From Pelagibacteraceae bacterium AG-447-E22 (lineage in GTDB: Bacteria; Pseudomonadota; Alphaproteobacteria; Pelagibacterales; Pelagibacteraceae), in assembly GCA_003212295.1 (NCBI GenBank), contig QCQC01000003.1, positions 405-64,404 of the forward strand: a stretch of 64,000 nucleotides of DNA, read 5' to 3'. Shown here one piece after another: positions 19,004 to 29,297 of this stretch (positions within the stretch are counted from its first letter, which is position 1; each line of letters begins with the position of its first letter). The position numbers were made by a program, and so were the translations under genes. Under the pieces are notes generated by a model that saw only the letters and a program-made list of their open reading frames with translations, was not told the DNA's origin and ran no database searches.

Positions 19004-19612
19004 ATGTTTATGAGTAACTTACTTTCATCATTATCAAAAACTATTCATGCTTCATTGGCACTCGCGATAATATTGTTTCTTGGTCTATTTTACCAAAATG
19101 ATGGTTTTGCTTTTGACAGACTTTTTTGGAGTTGGGTAGCAAGATACACCCATGTTGTTGTAGGTATCATGTGGATAGGATTGCTTTGGTATTTCAATTT
19201 TGTTCAAATTCCGAATATGGGAAAAATACCTGATGAGCAAAAACCTGCTATTGGTAAAGTAATAGCTCCTGCAGCTTTATTTTATTTCAGATGGGCTGCA
19301 GCTATCACAATCTTATCTGGATTAGTTCTTGCCGGCTTAAATGGCTATTTACATGATGCAATGACACTAAGCATTGGATCTGGAATTCCAAAACATACGG
19401 CCATAGGTATTGGTATGTGGCTTGGTATTGTTATGGCTTTTAATGTTTGGTTTGTAATTTGGCCAAATCAAAAAAGAGCTTTGGGTATTGTGGAATGCGA
19501 TCCTGAGTTAAAAGCTAAATCAGCTAAAACAGCTATGTTGTTTTCTAGAACCAATACTTTGTTATCTTTGCCTATGCTACTAACAATGATTGTAGCTCAA
19601 AATCTTTATTAA
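19004..19612 (+). CDS. Urate_ox_N/PuuD-like integral membrane protein (no cytochrome c domain)
   Basis: RYTHVVVGIMWIGLLWYFN, FRWAA, NVWFVIWPNQK, SRTNTLLSLPML; no CxxCH. Confidence 0.75.
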   Translation: MFMSNLLSSLSKTIHASLALAIILFLGLFYQNDGFAFDRLFWSWVARYTHVVVGIMWIGLLWYFNFVQIPNMGKIPDEQKPAIGKVIAPAALFYFRWAAAITILSGLVLAGLNGYLHDAMTLSIGSGIPKHTAIGIGMWLGIVMAFNVWFVIWPNQKRALGIVECDPELKAKSAKTAMLFSRTNTLLSLPMLLTMIVAQNLY

Positions 19613-20493
19613 TCTTTATCTTCCCTCAAAACTGTTTTTTGTGAAACATTAAGTCTTACTAATATTGTATTTGCGATATAGATTGATGAGTATGTTCCAA
19701 AAATTACCCCAAATATCATTGCTAAAGAAAAACCTTTTAAAATTTCTCCTCCAAAAAAAAATATAGACAATAAAGCTAATAGTGTTGTTATTGAGGTAAT
19801 TAAAGTTCTTGATAATGTTTCATTAATTGAAATATTTGTTAATTCAAAAATTTTTATATCAGAATATTTTCTTAAATTCTCTCGCACTCTATCAAAAATT
19901 ACAACAGTATCATTCATTGAATAACCAACTATTGTTAATACTGCAGCAATAATAGATAGATTAATTTCAAGACCAAATAATGAAAATAGACCAAGCGTAA
20001 CAATAACATCATGAAATAAAGCAGATATAGCACCAAGACTGAATTGCCATTCGAATCTAATCCAAATATAAATTAACATTAAAGATAAAGCTACGGATAT
20101 AGCAATTATACCTGATCTTAAAAGTTCAGCACTAACTTTTGGGCCTACGTTTTCAACTCTTCTAAAATCAAAATTATTACCAAACGATTTATCTAAACTA
20201 GCTTTGATCTGTTCAATAACATTTTTATTAGTATTATTTTCAAACTTTATTAAAAAATCACTCTCATTGCCAAATTCTTTAACCGAAATATCACCCAAAT
20301 TCATTTGATTTAAATTACTTCTAAGCGATGATACATTAATTTTTGTATCAGTAGATCTTAATTCAATTAGAGTACCACCTTTAAAATCAATACCAAAATT
20401 GAGGCCCTTAAACGTTAATAAAATTAAAGAAATTACAACTAATGAAATAGAAAGAATATTAAACTTGTTATAATATTTGTTAAAAGCAATCAT
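19609..20493 (-). CDS. secF: Protein translocase subunit SecF
   Basis: GIDFKGG, VGPKVS, HDV, GYSMNDTVVIFDRVRE. Confidence 0.96.
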   Translation of the reverse strand: MIAFNKYYNKFNILSISLVVISLILLTFKGLNFGIDFKGGTLIELRSTDTKINVSSLRSNLNQMNLGDISVKEFGNESDFLIKFENNTNKNVIEQIKASLDKSFGNNFDFRRVENVGPKVSAELLRSGIIAISVALSLMLIYIWIRFEWQFSLGAISALFHDVIVTLGLFSLFGLEINLSIIAAVLTIVGYSMNDTVVIFDRVRENLRKYSDIKIFELTNISINETLSRTLITSITTLLALLSIFFFGGEILKGFSLAMIFGVIFGTYSSIYIANTILVRLNVSQKTVLREDKD

Positions 20494-22047
20494 CTATATA
20501 AGTCTCTCTTTCTCTTTATTTTTTGATACATATAAAACAGTCATTAATCTTGCAATAAAGTACACTGAAAATAATGTAGTAAAAATCCCAATTCCTAAGG
20601 TCAAAGAAAAACCCTTGATTGGTCCAGATCCCATGAAAAATAAGATAATTGCAGCTAATAATGTAGTTATATTTGCATCCAGAATTGCTGTTCTTGATTT
20701 TATATAACCACTATCAAAAGCAATTAAATTGTTTTTTTCATTTTTAATTTCTTCTTTTATTCTTTCAAAAATTAATACATTTGCATCTACGGCCATACCA
20801 ACGGTTAAAATAATTCCAGCTATGCCGGGCAAAGTTAAAGTTGCTTCAAAAATCGTTAAAATCCCAACTAATAAAAATAAATTAATAATTAAAGTTAAAT
20901 TTGTTATTAATCCAAAAATTTTATATTTTATAAAAATAAAAATTATCACTAATATAAAACCAATTATCAAAGCAATAATACCTGCTTTGATTGAGTCTTT
21001 TCCTAAATCAGGGCCAACTGTTCTTTCTTCAATTATGTTGAGAGGCGCTGGAAGAGCACCAGATCTTAGCAACAAAGCTAAATCAGTTGCAGATTGAAAA
21101 GTAAAACCGCCACTTATTTGTCCCGATCCACTTGCAATAGTATCTCTGATCACAGGGGCACTTATAATTTTACCATCTAAAACAATAGCTAATTGTTTGC
21201 CTATACCTGTTGAAGTTGCTTTACCAAATCGTTTGGCTCCTACTCTGTCCAAAGTAAATGAAACAACTGTTTCATTAGTTTCACTATTCATTCTAGGTTG
21301 AGCATCTAGAAGGTTATCACCACTTAAAATTATTCTTTTACTTACAATAGCTTCATCATTAGTATCCTCATATTTTAATTTTTCAGATCCGAATGAGTCC
21401 TCACCAGTGTTAGTGACAAATCTAAAAGTTAAATTAGCAGTTTTTCCTAGTAATGATTTAATTCTCATAGGATCATCTAATCCTGGTAATTCAACCAAAA
21501 TACGATCATTTCCTCGTTTAAGAATATTAGGCTCATTTGTACCTATTTCATCTATTCTTCTTCTTACTATTTCTAAAGCTTGGTCCTGAGATGAAGTTTT
21601 TAATTCTACAATTCCTTGTTTTGAAAAGTTTACTTTAAATACATTGTCTTCCTCAATTATATCAAGTTGATGTGACTTAAATCTTGGGTAATAAGGATTA
21701 ATGTTACTTTCCTCATTATTAAATTCGTTTATAACTATCTGTATAGATTCTTCATTTACTGAAAAATATAACATTTCATCTAAAATTTTCAGATTTGTTA
21801 ATCGTATACCTTTTTCTTTAAAATAATTTCTGAGAGTAATAGTTAAATTTTGAAGTTTTTGTTCTATAACAGGTCTATTATCAATTTCCAGGAGAAGATA
21901 TGAACCTCCCTGAAGATCCAGTCCAAGATTTATTTTTTTATTTAAAAATTTATTTTCAAAAATAAAAAGATTTGAGGAAGCAACTAAAACAAAAAATAAA
22001 GATATTAAAGTAATAAAAACTATTCTTAATTTCGAAAAGTATAGCAC
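20494..22047 (-). CDS. secD: Protein translocase subunit SecD
   Basis: LGLDLQGG, LRSGALPAP, GMAVDANVLIFERIKEE. Confidence 0.97.
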   Translation of the reverse strand: MLYFSKLRIVFITLISLFFVLVASSNLFIFENKFLNKKINLGLDLQGGSYLLLEIDNRPVIEQKLQNLTITLRNYFKEKGIRLTNLKILDEMLYFSVNEESIQIVINEFNNEESNINPYYPRFKSHQLDIIEEDNVFKVNFSKQGIVELKTSSQDQALEIVRRRIDEIGTNEPNILKRGNDRILVELPGLDDPMRIKSLLGKTANLTFRFVTNTGEDSFGSEKLKYEDTNDEAIVSKRIILSGDNLLDAQPRMNSETNETVVSFTLDRVGAKRFGKATSTGIGKQLAIVLDGKIISAPVIRDTIASGSGQISGGFTFQSATDLALLLRSGALPAPLNIIEERTVGPDLGKDSIKAGIIALIIGFILVIIFIFIKYKIFGLITNLTLIINLFLLVGILTIFEATLTLPGIAGIILTVGMAVDANVLIFERIKEEIKNEKNNLIAFDSGYIKSRTAILDANITTLLAAIILFFMGSGPIKGFSLTLGIGIFTTLFSVYFIARLMTVLYVSKNKEKERLI

Positions 22048-22059
22048 TTTATTAAAAAT

Positions 22060-22347
22060 TTATTTCTTTACTTCTTGAGAATTCATTAAGCTTTGAACTC
22101 CAGTGCCCCTGATAACTTCTACAGTAACATTGTCAGCAATTTCTACTTCAATTTTATCATTATCAATAACTCTTGATATCGTTCCAGTAATTCCGCCGGA
22201 TGTTACAATTTTATCGCCTTTTTTTAGACCTTCTACCATTGCTTTATGTTCCTTAACTTTTTTTTGCTGAGGTCTTATTAAGAAAAAATAAAAAATAACA
22301 AATATTAATATTAGCGGTATAAATTGGCCTATTCCTGAACTTTCCAT
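22060..22347 (-). CDS. yajC: Preprotein translocase subunit YajC
   Basis: FYFFLIRPQQKK, GDKIVTSGGI. Confidence 0.96.
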   Translation of the reverse strand: MESSGIGQFIPLILIFVIFYFFLIRPQQKKVKEHKAMVEGLKKGDKIVTSGGITGTISRVIDNDKIEVEIADNVTVEVIRGTGVQSLMNSQEVKK

Positions 22348-22401
22348 AAAACTCCTAAATTAGAAATGAATTTTTATACTATCTACTCAATTAAAACAAC
22401 T

Positions 22402-23661
22402 TTATTTGATAGATATTTTTTCAAAATTATTCATATAGGGTCTCAATACTTTTGGAATAGTTATTGAGCCATCTTTTTGCTGATAATTTTCTAAAATTGC
22501 AATAAGTGTTCTTCCAACGGCTAAACCACTTCCATTTAAAGTGCCAGCATACATTGTTTCCTTATTTGCGTTCTTATATCGGGTTTTCATTCTGACGGAT
22601 TGAAACGTTGAGCATGATGAACATGACGAAATTTCTCTATATTTGTTTTCAGAAGGTAGCCAAACTTCAATATCGTAAGTCTTTTCAGCGCTAAATCCCA
22701 TATCACCGCTACATAAGATCATTTTTCGATATGGTAATTCTAGAAGATCTAAAATTTCAGTTGCACAGTTAGTCATTCTTTCTAGTTCATCTAAACATTT
22801 TGATTGCTCAACTATGCTTACCATTTCGACTTTATAAAATTGATGTTGCCTGATCATTCCTTTTGTATCTTTTCCATAACTTCCCGCTTCTTTTCTAAAG
22901 CAAGGAGTTGAAGCAACAAATCTCATTGGTAAATTTTTCAATTCAACAATTTGATCTTTAACAATATTAGTTAAAATTACTTCGGCTGTAGGAATTAAAA
23001 ATTTTCTTTCATTAGAATCATCAAGTTTAACTTCAAACTGATCATTCTCAAACTTTGGTAGTTGCCCAGTGCCAAACATTGTATTTTCAGAAGCAAGTAA
23101 AGGAGGAGAGATTTCTTTATAATTATTTTTATTAATATGAGTATCTAACATGAAATTAGAAATAGCTCTTTCTAAAAGTGCTAATTTATCTTTAACAAAT
23201 ACAAATCTTGATCCAGTAGTTTTTGTAGCTAAATCAAAATCTAACATTCCAAGATTTTCTCCAAGTTCATAATGTGATTTTGGTTTAAAATCAAAATTTG
23301 GTATTTTACCAGATTTTTTAATTTCAACATTATCATTTTCATCTTTTCCATTAGGTACATCAGGATGTGGTACATTAGGTATATTCGATAAAATTTTTTC
23401 TAACTTTTGTTTGATTTCTTTTTGTTCATTGACAATTGTATCTATTAAAGAAGAAATTTCTTTTGATTTAGTAAATAAAGATTTGTCTTTTGATTTTGAA
23501 ATATCTTTTTTTTCCTTTTCTAATTGTTCCTTCTTTTGAATAAGTTCTCTATTTTTTTCATCTAAACTTTTTAAATTATCAAAATCAATATCAATTGACC
23601 TTTTCTCTAATGATTTTTTAAAACCATTAAAGTCCTTTCTAATTTTTCTTAAATCATGCAT
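22402..23661 (-). CDS. serS: Seryl-tRNA synthetase
   Basis: LIPTAEV, FRKEAGSYG, RQHQFYKVE, TLNGSGLAVGR. Confidence 0.98.
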   Translation of the reverse strand: MHDLRKIRKDFNGFKKSLEKRSIDIDFDNLKSLDEKNRELIQKKEQLEKEKKDISKSKDKSLFTKSKEISSLIDTIVNEQKEIKQKLEKILSNIPNVPHPDVPNGKDENDNVEIKKSGKIPNFDFKPKSHYELGENLGMLDFDLATKTTGSRFVFVKDKLALLERAISNFMLDTHINKNNYKEISPPLLASENTMFGTGQLPKFENDQFEVKLDDSNERKFLIPTAEVILTNIVKDQIVELKNLPMRFVASTPCFRKEAGSYGKDTKGMIRQHQFYKVEMVSIVEQSKCLDELERMTNCATEILDLLELPYRKMILCSGDMGFSAEKTYDIEVWLPSENKYREISSCSSCSTFQSVRMKTRYKNANKETMYAGTLNGSGLAVGRTLIAILENYQQKDGSITIPKVLRPYMNNFEKISIK

Positions 23662-24424
23662 CTGAATTTTCTAATTTTTTCTTTTCAATAAATTTTACTG
23701 AAAATATCGATAATTCATATAAAATTAATAATGGAATTGCTAAACCTATTTGTGTTATAGGATCTGGTGGAGTTAATATAGCTGCCATTGCAAAGATTAT
23801 AACAACAACATATTTTCTTCTTTTCTTTAAAAATTCAGAATCAATAAGTCCTACTCTAGCTAATAAACTTAAAACTACAGGTAATTGAAAACTTATACCA
23901 AATGCAAAAATAAGTTTCATTACTAATGATAAGTATTCATTTACTTTAGCTTCTAATTGTATTGGTAAATTTGTTGACATCCCAGTGCTTTCAAATGACA
24001 AAAAAAACTTAATAGCTAAAGGCATAATCAAATAATAAACCAATATTCCACCTAAAAAAAATAATATTGGCGTTAAAACTAAATAAGGTAAGATTGCAAT
24101 TTTTTCATGCTTATAAAGACCTGGGGCAATAAACTTCCATATTTGCATCAAAATAAAAGGACAAGTTACAAAAAATGCTGCAAAAAAAGATATCTTTAAA
24201 TAAGTTAAAAATGTTTCTTGTAAAGCTGTGAAAATTAATCTTCTTGAGACTGAGTCATTTTTAACTGCCTGAGCATATGGTTCTACCAGAAAACCGTACA
24301 AATGTTCTGCAAAAAAATAGCAACCAATAAAAAAGATTATCAAAAAAATGAAGCTGTGAATTAATCTTTTTCTTAATTCAGCTAAATGACTTATAAAGCC
24401 ACCATCTTTTTCCTCATGATTCAT
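23654..24424 (-). CDS. tatC: Twin-arginine translocase TatC
   Basis: HLAELRKRL, FIAPGLY, FQLP, LTPPD. Confidence 0.97.
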   Translation of the reverse strand: MNHEEKDGGFISHLAELRKRLIHSFIFLIIFFIGCYFFAEHLYGFLVEPYAQAVKNDSVSRRLIFTALQETFLTYLKISFFAAFFVTCPFILMQIWKFIAPGLYKHEKIAILPYLVLTPILFFLGGILVYYLIMPLAIKFFLSFESTGMSTNLPIQLEAKVNEYLSLVMKLIFAFGISFQLPVVLSLLARVGLIDSEFLKKRRKYVVVIIFAMAAILTPPDPITQIGLAIPLLILYELSIFSVKFIEKKKLENSDA

Positions 24425-24626
24425 CTTTTTTGTCTTCTTTTTTTTCTATATTATTTTCTTCAAGATCTATATTAGAAACTTCATTTTGAATGTTATTAAT
24501 ATATCTTTTACCAGTTCCGATCCATGAACCAACTTTTTTTAACATTATAGGAAAATCTTTTGGCCCTAAAATAATAATTGCGATTGCAACAACAACTAAA
24601 ATTTCAAACCAACCAATAGTAGGCAT
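24414..24626 (-). CDS. tatB: Twin-arginine translocase TatB (short)
   Basis: IGWFEILVV...LGPKDFP; lies between tatA and tatC. Confidence 0.88.
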   Translation of the reverse strand: MPTIGWFEILVVVAIAIIILGPKDFPIMLKKVGSWIGTGKRYINNIQNEVSNIDLEENNIEKKEDKKDES

Positions 24627-24631
24627 GTGGT

Positions 24632-24844
24632 TTATTCTTTATTATTAGTATCTTGTTTATTTGTATCTTGATCTTCGGAAATATTTTTTGGCTCAGTGTC
24701 TTCAGTCACATCTGAAGCCATTCCCTTTTTGAAACTTTTTATACCTTTAGCAACATCTCCCATAAGACTAGATATCTTGCCACGACCAAATAGTAATACC
24801 ACTAGGATTACTACAACTGCAATTTGCCAAATTCCAATACTCAT
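24632..24844 (-). CDS. tatA: Twin-arginine translocase TatA
   Basis: LLFGRGKI...[12 protein letters not shown]. Confidence 0.95.
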   Translation of the reverse strand: MSIGIWQIAVVVILVVLLFGRGKISSLMGDVAKGIKSFKKGMASDVTEDTEPKNISEDQDTNKQDTNNKE

Positions 24845-24912
24845 AAAAATCTTATATCCTTTTTATTAACAATTTTAAAGTGACTTTTTAAGATAAACAA
24901 AAATATAATTTG

Positions 24913-25614
24913 TTAATTTTTTTCCTCTGAATCAAGAGTGCTATTTAACATTTCATCAATATTTGAATAAATATCCTCTTTTTTATCGTTTTGCTTTTCT
25001 TTATAAAATTTTCCAGTTCCAAAAATTGAATTATCGATATTGTTGCTATCAATTAATCCGGCAGCTCCCAGCTCATCAACTGTTGGAAGATCTGATAATT
25101 TTTGCAAATTAAAATGACTCAGAAAATCATCCGTAGTTACATATTGTATTGGCTTGCCAGGGACATCTTTTCTACCACCTGGCTTTACCCAATTTAATTC
25201 CATCAAAATTTCTATTGTGTTTGTCCCAAAAGCAACACCTCTAATTTCTTCAATTTCAGCCCTAGTAACTGGTTGATGATAAACAATAATTGCAAGTGTT
25301 TCAATGGCAGCTCTAGAAAGTTTTTTTTCGACAGTTTTTTCTTGGATCATTAACTTAGAAAGATTAGGAGAGGTTCTAAAAGACCATTTTTTTGAAATAC
25401 AAACTAAATTTATCCCACGATCAGAATATTCAGATTGAAGTTTTAACAGGACTTTTTTTACATCAGTTTTTTTTGAAATTTTATTTTCAATAGTTTCAAT
25501 ATCTAATGGCTCTGCAGCAGCAAAAACGACTCCCTCTATTTCTTTCTCTACTGTTGAAAGTTTTGTGGGGAAGTTAATAATATTATCTTTTTTTTTTATT
25601 TTTTTTCTAATCAT
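24913..25614 (-). CDS. scpB: SMC-Scp complex subunit ScpB
   Basis: LSRAAIETLAIIVYHQPVTRAEIEEIRGV. Confidence 0.96.
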   Translation of the reverse strand: MIRKKIKKKDNIINFPTKLSTVEKEIEGVVFAAAEPLDIETIENKISKKTDVKKVLLKLQSEYSDRGINLVCISKKWSFRTSPNLSKLMIQEKTVEKKLSRAAIETLAIIVYHQPVTRAEIEEIRGVAFGTNTIEILMELNWVKPGGRKDVPGKPIQYVTTDDFLSHFNLQKLSDLPTVDELGAAGLIDSNNIDNSIFGTGKFYKEKQNDKKEDIYSNIDEMLNSTLDSEEKN

Positions 25615-26351
25615 TTGTTTTCTTTAATATAAATATCATCAAATAGATTTTTTTGTTTAATTTTCAAGTTACCTTCTTTTACTAATTCTAATGACCCAGC
25701 AAATATGCCAGCTTTACCAGTACTTTTATATTTTTGACTTTTTTTAAAATTAGTTGGTATAAGATCATCTAATTTTTTCCAATCAATTAGTTTACCGAAA
25801 AATTCTTTAATAGTTTTGATGCCTTCTTCTGTTGTAAATACGGGTAATTTAGGAATATTTATTTTTTGAAAGTCTTTAGTCATAATTATTGTTGAATATG
25901 ATTTTAATAACTCAAACAAGTTTACTTTGTATTCGCTGCTATAAATTGGTCTTATGCCCCCTCTCATTCCTCTGCCTCTTATTTCTCTTCCTAATCTTTT
26001 TCTTTTTAACATTTGTTCTGATAATAATCTTATTAATTCCAACTTTTTAAGTTGTAACTTTAATTTTTCAGCCACTTCTTGAACTTTAAATTCTTCTTCA
26101 GGTGTACCTGGTAATAATAATTTTGATTTTAAGTAAGCTAACCAAGTAGCCATTAAAAGATACTCTGATGCAATTTCTAAGTTTAAATTTTCTTCATTTT
26201 TGATGAACTCATTAAATTGATCTGCCAATTTTGTAATAGAAATATTTTCTAAATTAACTTTTTGAGCCTTAGCTAAATCTAATAAAACATCCAAGGGACC
26301 TTTAAAATTATCAATATCTATATTAAATAGTGAAGAATCTTTTTCTATCAT
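25611..26351 (-). CDS. scpA: Segregation/condensation protein ScpA
   Basis: FKGPLDVLL, EYLLMATWLAYLKSKLLLP. Confidence 0.95.
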   Translation of the reverse strand: MIEKDSSLFNIDIDNFKGPLDVLLDLAKAQKVNLENISITKLADQFNEFIKNEENLNLEIASEYLLMATWLAYLKSKLLLPGTPEEEFKVQEVAEKLKLQLKKLELIRLLSEQMLKRKRLGREIRGRGMRGGIRPIYSSEYKVNLFELLKSYSTIIMTKDFQKINIPKLPVFTTEEGIKTIKEFFGKLIDWKKLDDLIPTNFKKSQKYKSTGKAGIFAGSLELVKEGNLKIKQKNLFDDIYIKENK

Positions 26352-26360
26352 CTCTGAATA

Positions 26361-27308
26361 TTAACTTAAAATTTTGTAAAATTGTGATGTTTTTTTTGAA
26401 ATAAATTTATCAATTTTAGGAGAATTTTTTGCTACTATCTCCATTTCTTTGAAATTTCCATTACAATGTAAAGCTAAATTACAACCTGCATTAAATGTTT
26501 TAATTGTATTTTCTTTTATTGTACCTTTAAGACTTTTCATCGATAAGTCATCTGAGATTAAAAGATTTTTAAAACCTATCTTATTTCTAATTAATTTAAT
26601 CAGTTTTTTTGAGTGAGTAGCAGTATTTTTATTATCTATCTTGTTAAATATAATATGTGCAGTCATAGCAAAAAAAGCCTTTTTATTTTTAAAAGGTAAA
26701 AAATCTTTTCTTAACAAATAATTAATCTTTTTATTTACTATTGGTGTAAAATGATGACTATCAACTTTAGCTAGGCCATGCCCAGGAATATGCTTTATTA
26801 CACTTCCAATATTATTTTGATGATAAAATTGGATACAATAGTCACCAATTTTTGATACAATTTTAGGATCATTTGAAAAAGATCTATTCCCAATAATATT
26901 CGATGAACCTTTATTTTTCAGATCTAATACAGGAACGGTATTAATATTTGCTCCAATTGATTTTAATAAAAATGATGTTTTATCAATAAATAATTTGTAA
27001 AAAAGTTTGAATTCTTTATGATTTTTTAAGTATTTATTACCAAAAAATTCAGAGGTTAAATTATCGAAAGAAATAATCTTTTCTAATCTATTAACACGAC
27101 CCCCTTCTTGATCGATCAATATTGGATATTTTCTGTCGTTAAATATTTTTCTTATTGAAGATGTCAATTGAAATGTTTGTTTAATATTTTTAACATTTCT
27201 AGAGAACAATATAACTCCCCAAGGTTTATATTTTTTTAAAAAAGATTTTTCTTTTAATGAAATTTTTATAGATCTTAAACCTACAATAAATGATCTTCTG
27301 TTATTCAT
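26361..27308 (-). CDS. nagZ: Beta-N-acetylhexosaminidase (GH3)
   Basis: DQEGGRVNRL, KHIPGHG...DSH, SDDLSM. Confidence 0.93.
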   Translation of the reverse strand: MNNRRSFIVGLRSIKISLKEKSFLKKYKPWGVILFSRNVKNIKQTFQLTSSIRKIFNDRKYPILIDQEGGRVNRLEKIISFDNLTSEFFGNKYLKNHKEFKLFYKLFIDKTSFLLKSIGANINTVPVLDLKNKGSSNIIGNRSFSNDPKIVSKIGDYCIQFYHQNNIGSVIKHIPGHGLAKVDSHHFTPIVNKKINYLLRKDFLPFKNKKAFFAMTAHIIFNKIDNKNTATHSKKLIKLIRNKIGFKNLLISDDLSMKSLKGTIKENTIKTFNAGCNLALHCNGNFKEMEIVAKNSPKIDKFISKKTSQFYKILS

Positions 27309-27567
27309 TAGACTCTATTAATTTCCAAAAATTAAATTTCTTCTTTTTATTGATATTGGATTTTTCAACATATTCTATTATATTCTTTGTATTGTCTTCT
27401 AATACAGGTAATTTTTCAGCAGAAATATCAATTTTCTTTTCTATATTATTAAAGGATCTATATGAAATTTTTTTGTTATCATCTGAGAAATAATATCTAC
27501 CAACTAAAAAAATAAATAAGATAATTATTACTATAAATATTAGATATTTTATTTCTTTTAACATCAC
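27301..27567 (-). CDS. Small single-pass membrane protein of unknown function
   Basis: 88 aa with an N-terminal TM helix; overlaps both argS and nagZ. Confidence 0.75.
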   Translation of the reverse strand: MMLKEIKYLIFIVIIILFIFLVGRYYFSDDNKKISYRSFNNIEKKIDISAEKLPVLEDNTKNIIEYVEKSNINKKKKFNFWKLIESNE

Positions 27568-29297
27568 ATTTTTTCTGGAACTGAAACACCCACTATATCC
27601 ATTCCAGATTTGATTACATTTGAAATAACTTTTAAAAAAATCAATTTGTCATCTGTAATTTTTTTTTTTTCATTAATAAATCTTTTTTCTGGTGTATCCT
27701 TGCCAAGATTCCAATACGAATGAAACAATGAGGCCAATTCATATAAATAAGTTGGTATTCTATGAGGTTCGAGTTTTTTACTAGAAGCATCAATGCATTT
27801 AGGCCACTCAGATATTTTTTTTAAAATATTAATCTCATCTTGAGAATACTCAAAATTAAACTTATTAATATTTATTTCAGATTTTATATCTTTCTGTAAA
27901 TGTCTAAATACAGATGAAATTCTTGCATAAGAATATTGAACATAATAAAGTGGGTTGTCTTTAGATTTCTCAACTACACTGTCAAAATCAAAATCAAGTT
28001 GTACATCACTACTTCTATTTAACATTATAAATCTTGTGGCATCTTTACCAACTTCATTAATTAAATCATCAACAGTTATATAATCACCTTTTCTTTTTGA
28101 CATTTTGAAAGGTTTTTTATCTTTTATTAATTTAACTAGTTGGCTTACTTTGCAAATCAACTTATCTTTTGAATTTGATAGTGCATCAACTGAAGATGAA
28201 ATTCTTTTAATGTACCCAGAGTGATCTGCACCTAGTATATTAATTAAATAATCGAAATTTCTATCTAATTTGTTTTTATGATAAGCAACATCGCTTGCAA
28301 AATAAGTCCATGTGCCGTCAGATTTTTGTAAAGCTCTATCTTTATCATCACCGAATTCAGTAGATTTAAAAAGTAATTGTTCACGCTCAATCCACTCATT
28401 ACTATCTTCTCCCTCTGGAGCTTTTATTTTTCCCTTATAAACAAATTTATTCTTTTGAAGAAATTCAATTACTTTTTCAACTTCTTGATTTTTCACTAAT
28501 TTTTTTTCACTTACAAAATTATCATGATTAATACCAAGACTTTTAAGATTTTTTTTTATTAATTTTAAAGCTTCTTCAATGGATAAAACTGATAATTTTT
28601 CAGATATTTTATCAAAGTCTTCAAAGTTCAATTCTTTATTAGAATTCAAAATATTTTTTGCAAAATCAATTAAATAATCACCAGGATATAAATCAGCATT
28701 ATCATTTGGAAAAGGTTCATTAAAAGAAATCTCTCTTATTCTAAAATAAACAGATTTTGTAAAATTTATTATCTGATTACCATAATCATTAACATAATAT
28801 TCTTTAGTTACTTTATGTTTATTGAATAATAGAACATTTGCTATAACATCGCCTAAAATAGCTCCTCGACAATGACCTACGTGTAAAGGTCCTGTGGGGT
28901 TCGCAGAAACAAATTCAATTAAAAAATTTTTTTTATTTTCCTTTGTATTGATTCCATAAGATTTTGAATTTAGAATTATCTCTTTAATAAAGTTTGTCCA
29001 AAAAATAGGTTTAAACTTAATATTTATAAAACCTGGTTTTACAACCGATATTTCTTTAATCAGTTTATCTTTTTTTTTAATTTCTGCAGATAAAATATTA
29101 GCAAGGTCAATTGGAGTTTTTTTATTTATTTTAGACAGGACCATCGCAACATTTGTTGAAATGTCACTATCAAATTTTGTTGGTGGTATTTCTGCAGTAA
29201 TTCCATTGAGTGTATCAGGTAAAATTAAATCTCCATTTTTTGAAAGATCTAATAAAGTTTTTTTTATTTTATCTAAATATTGTTCAAAAATATTCAT
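27564..29297 (-). CDS. argS: Arginyl-tRNA synthetase
   Basis: SANPTGPLHVGH, GADH, KMSKR, YVQYSYAR. Confidence 0.97.
   Translation of the reverse strand: MNIFEQYLDKIKKTLLDLSKNGDLILPDTLNGITAEIPPTKFDSDISTNVAMVLSKINKKTPIDLANILSAEIKKKDKLIKEISVVKPGFINIKFKPIFWTNFIKEIILNSKSYGINTKENKKNFLIEFVSANPTGPLHVGHCRGAILGDVIANVLLFNKHKVTKEYYVNDYGNQIINFTKSVYFRIREISFNEPFPNDNADLYPGDYLIDFAKNILNSNKELNFEDFDKISEKLSVLSIEEALKLIKKNLKSLGINHDNFVSEKKLVKNQEVEKVIEFLQKNKFVYKGKIKAPEGEDSNEWIEREQLLFKSTEFGDDKDRALQKSDGTWTYFASDVAYHKNKLDRNFDYLINILGADHSGYIKRISSSVDALSNSKDKLICKVSQLVKLIKDKKPFKMSKRKGDYITVDDLINEVGKDATRFIMLNRSSDVQLDFDFDSVVEKSKDNPLYYVQYSYARISSVFRHLQKDIKSEININKFNFEYSQDEINILKKISEWPKCIDASSKKLEPHRIPTYLYELASLFHSYWNLGKDTPEKRFINEKKKITDDKLIFLKVISNVIKSGMDIVGVSVPEKM

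Noticed and set aside
13063-21589. Antisense ORFs inside gyrA, uvrA and secD (and similar ones inside glyA, rsh, slt and sox)
   Set aside because: They are shadows of highly conserved genes and have no recognisable motifs.
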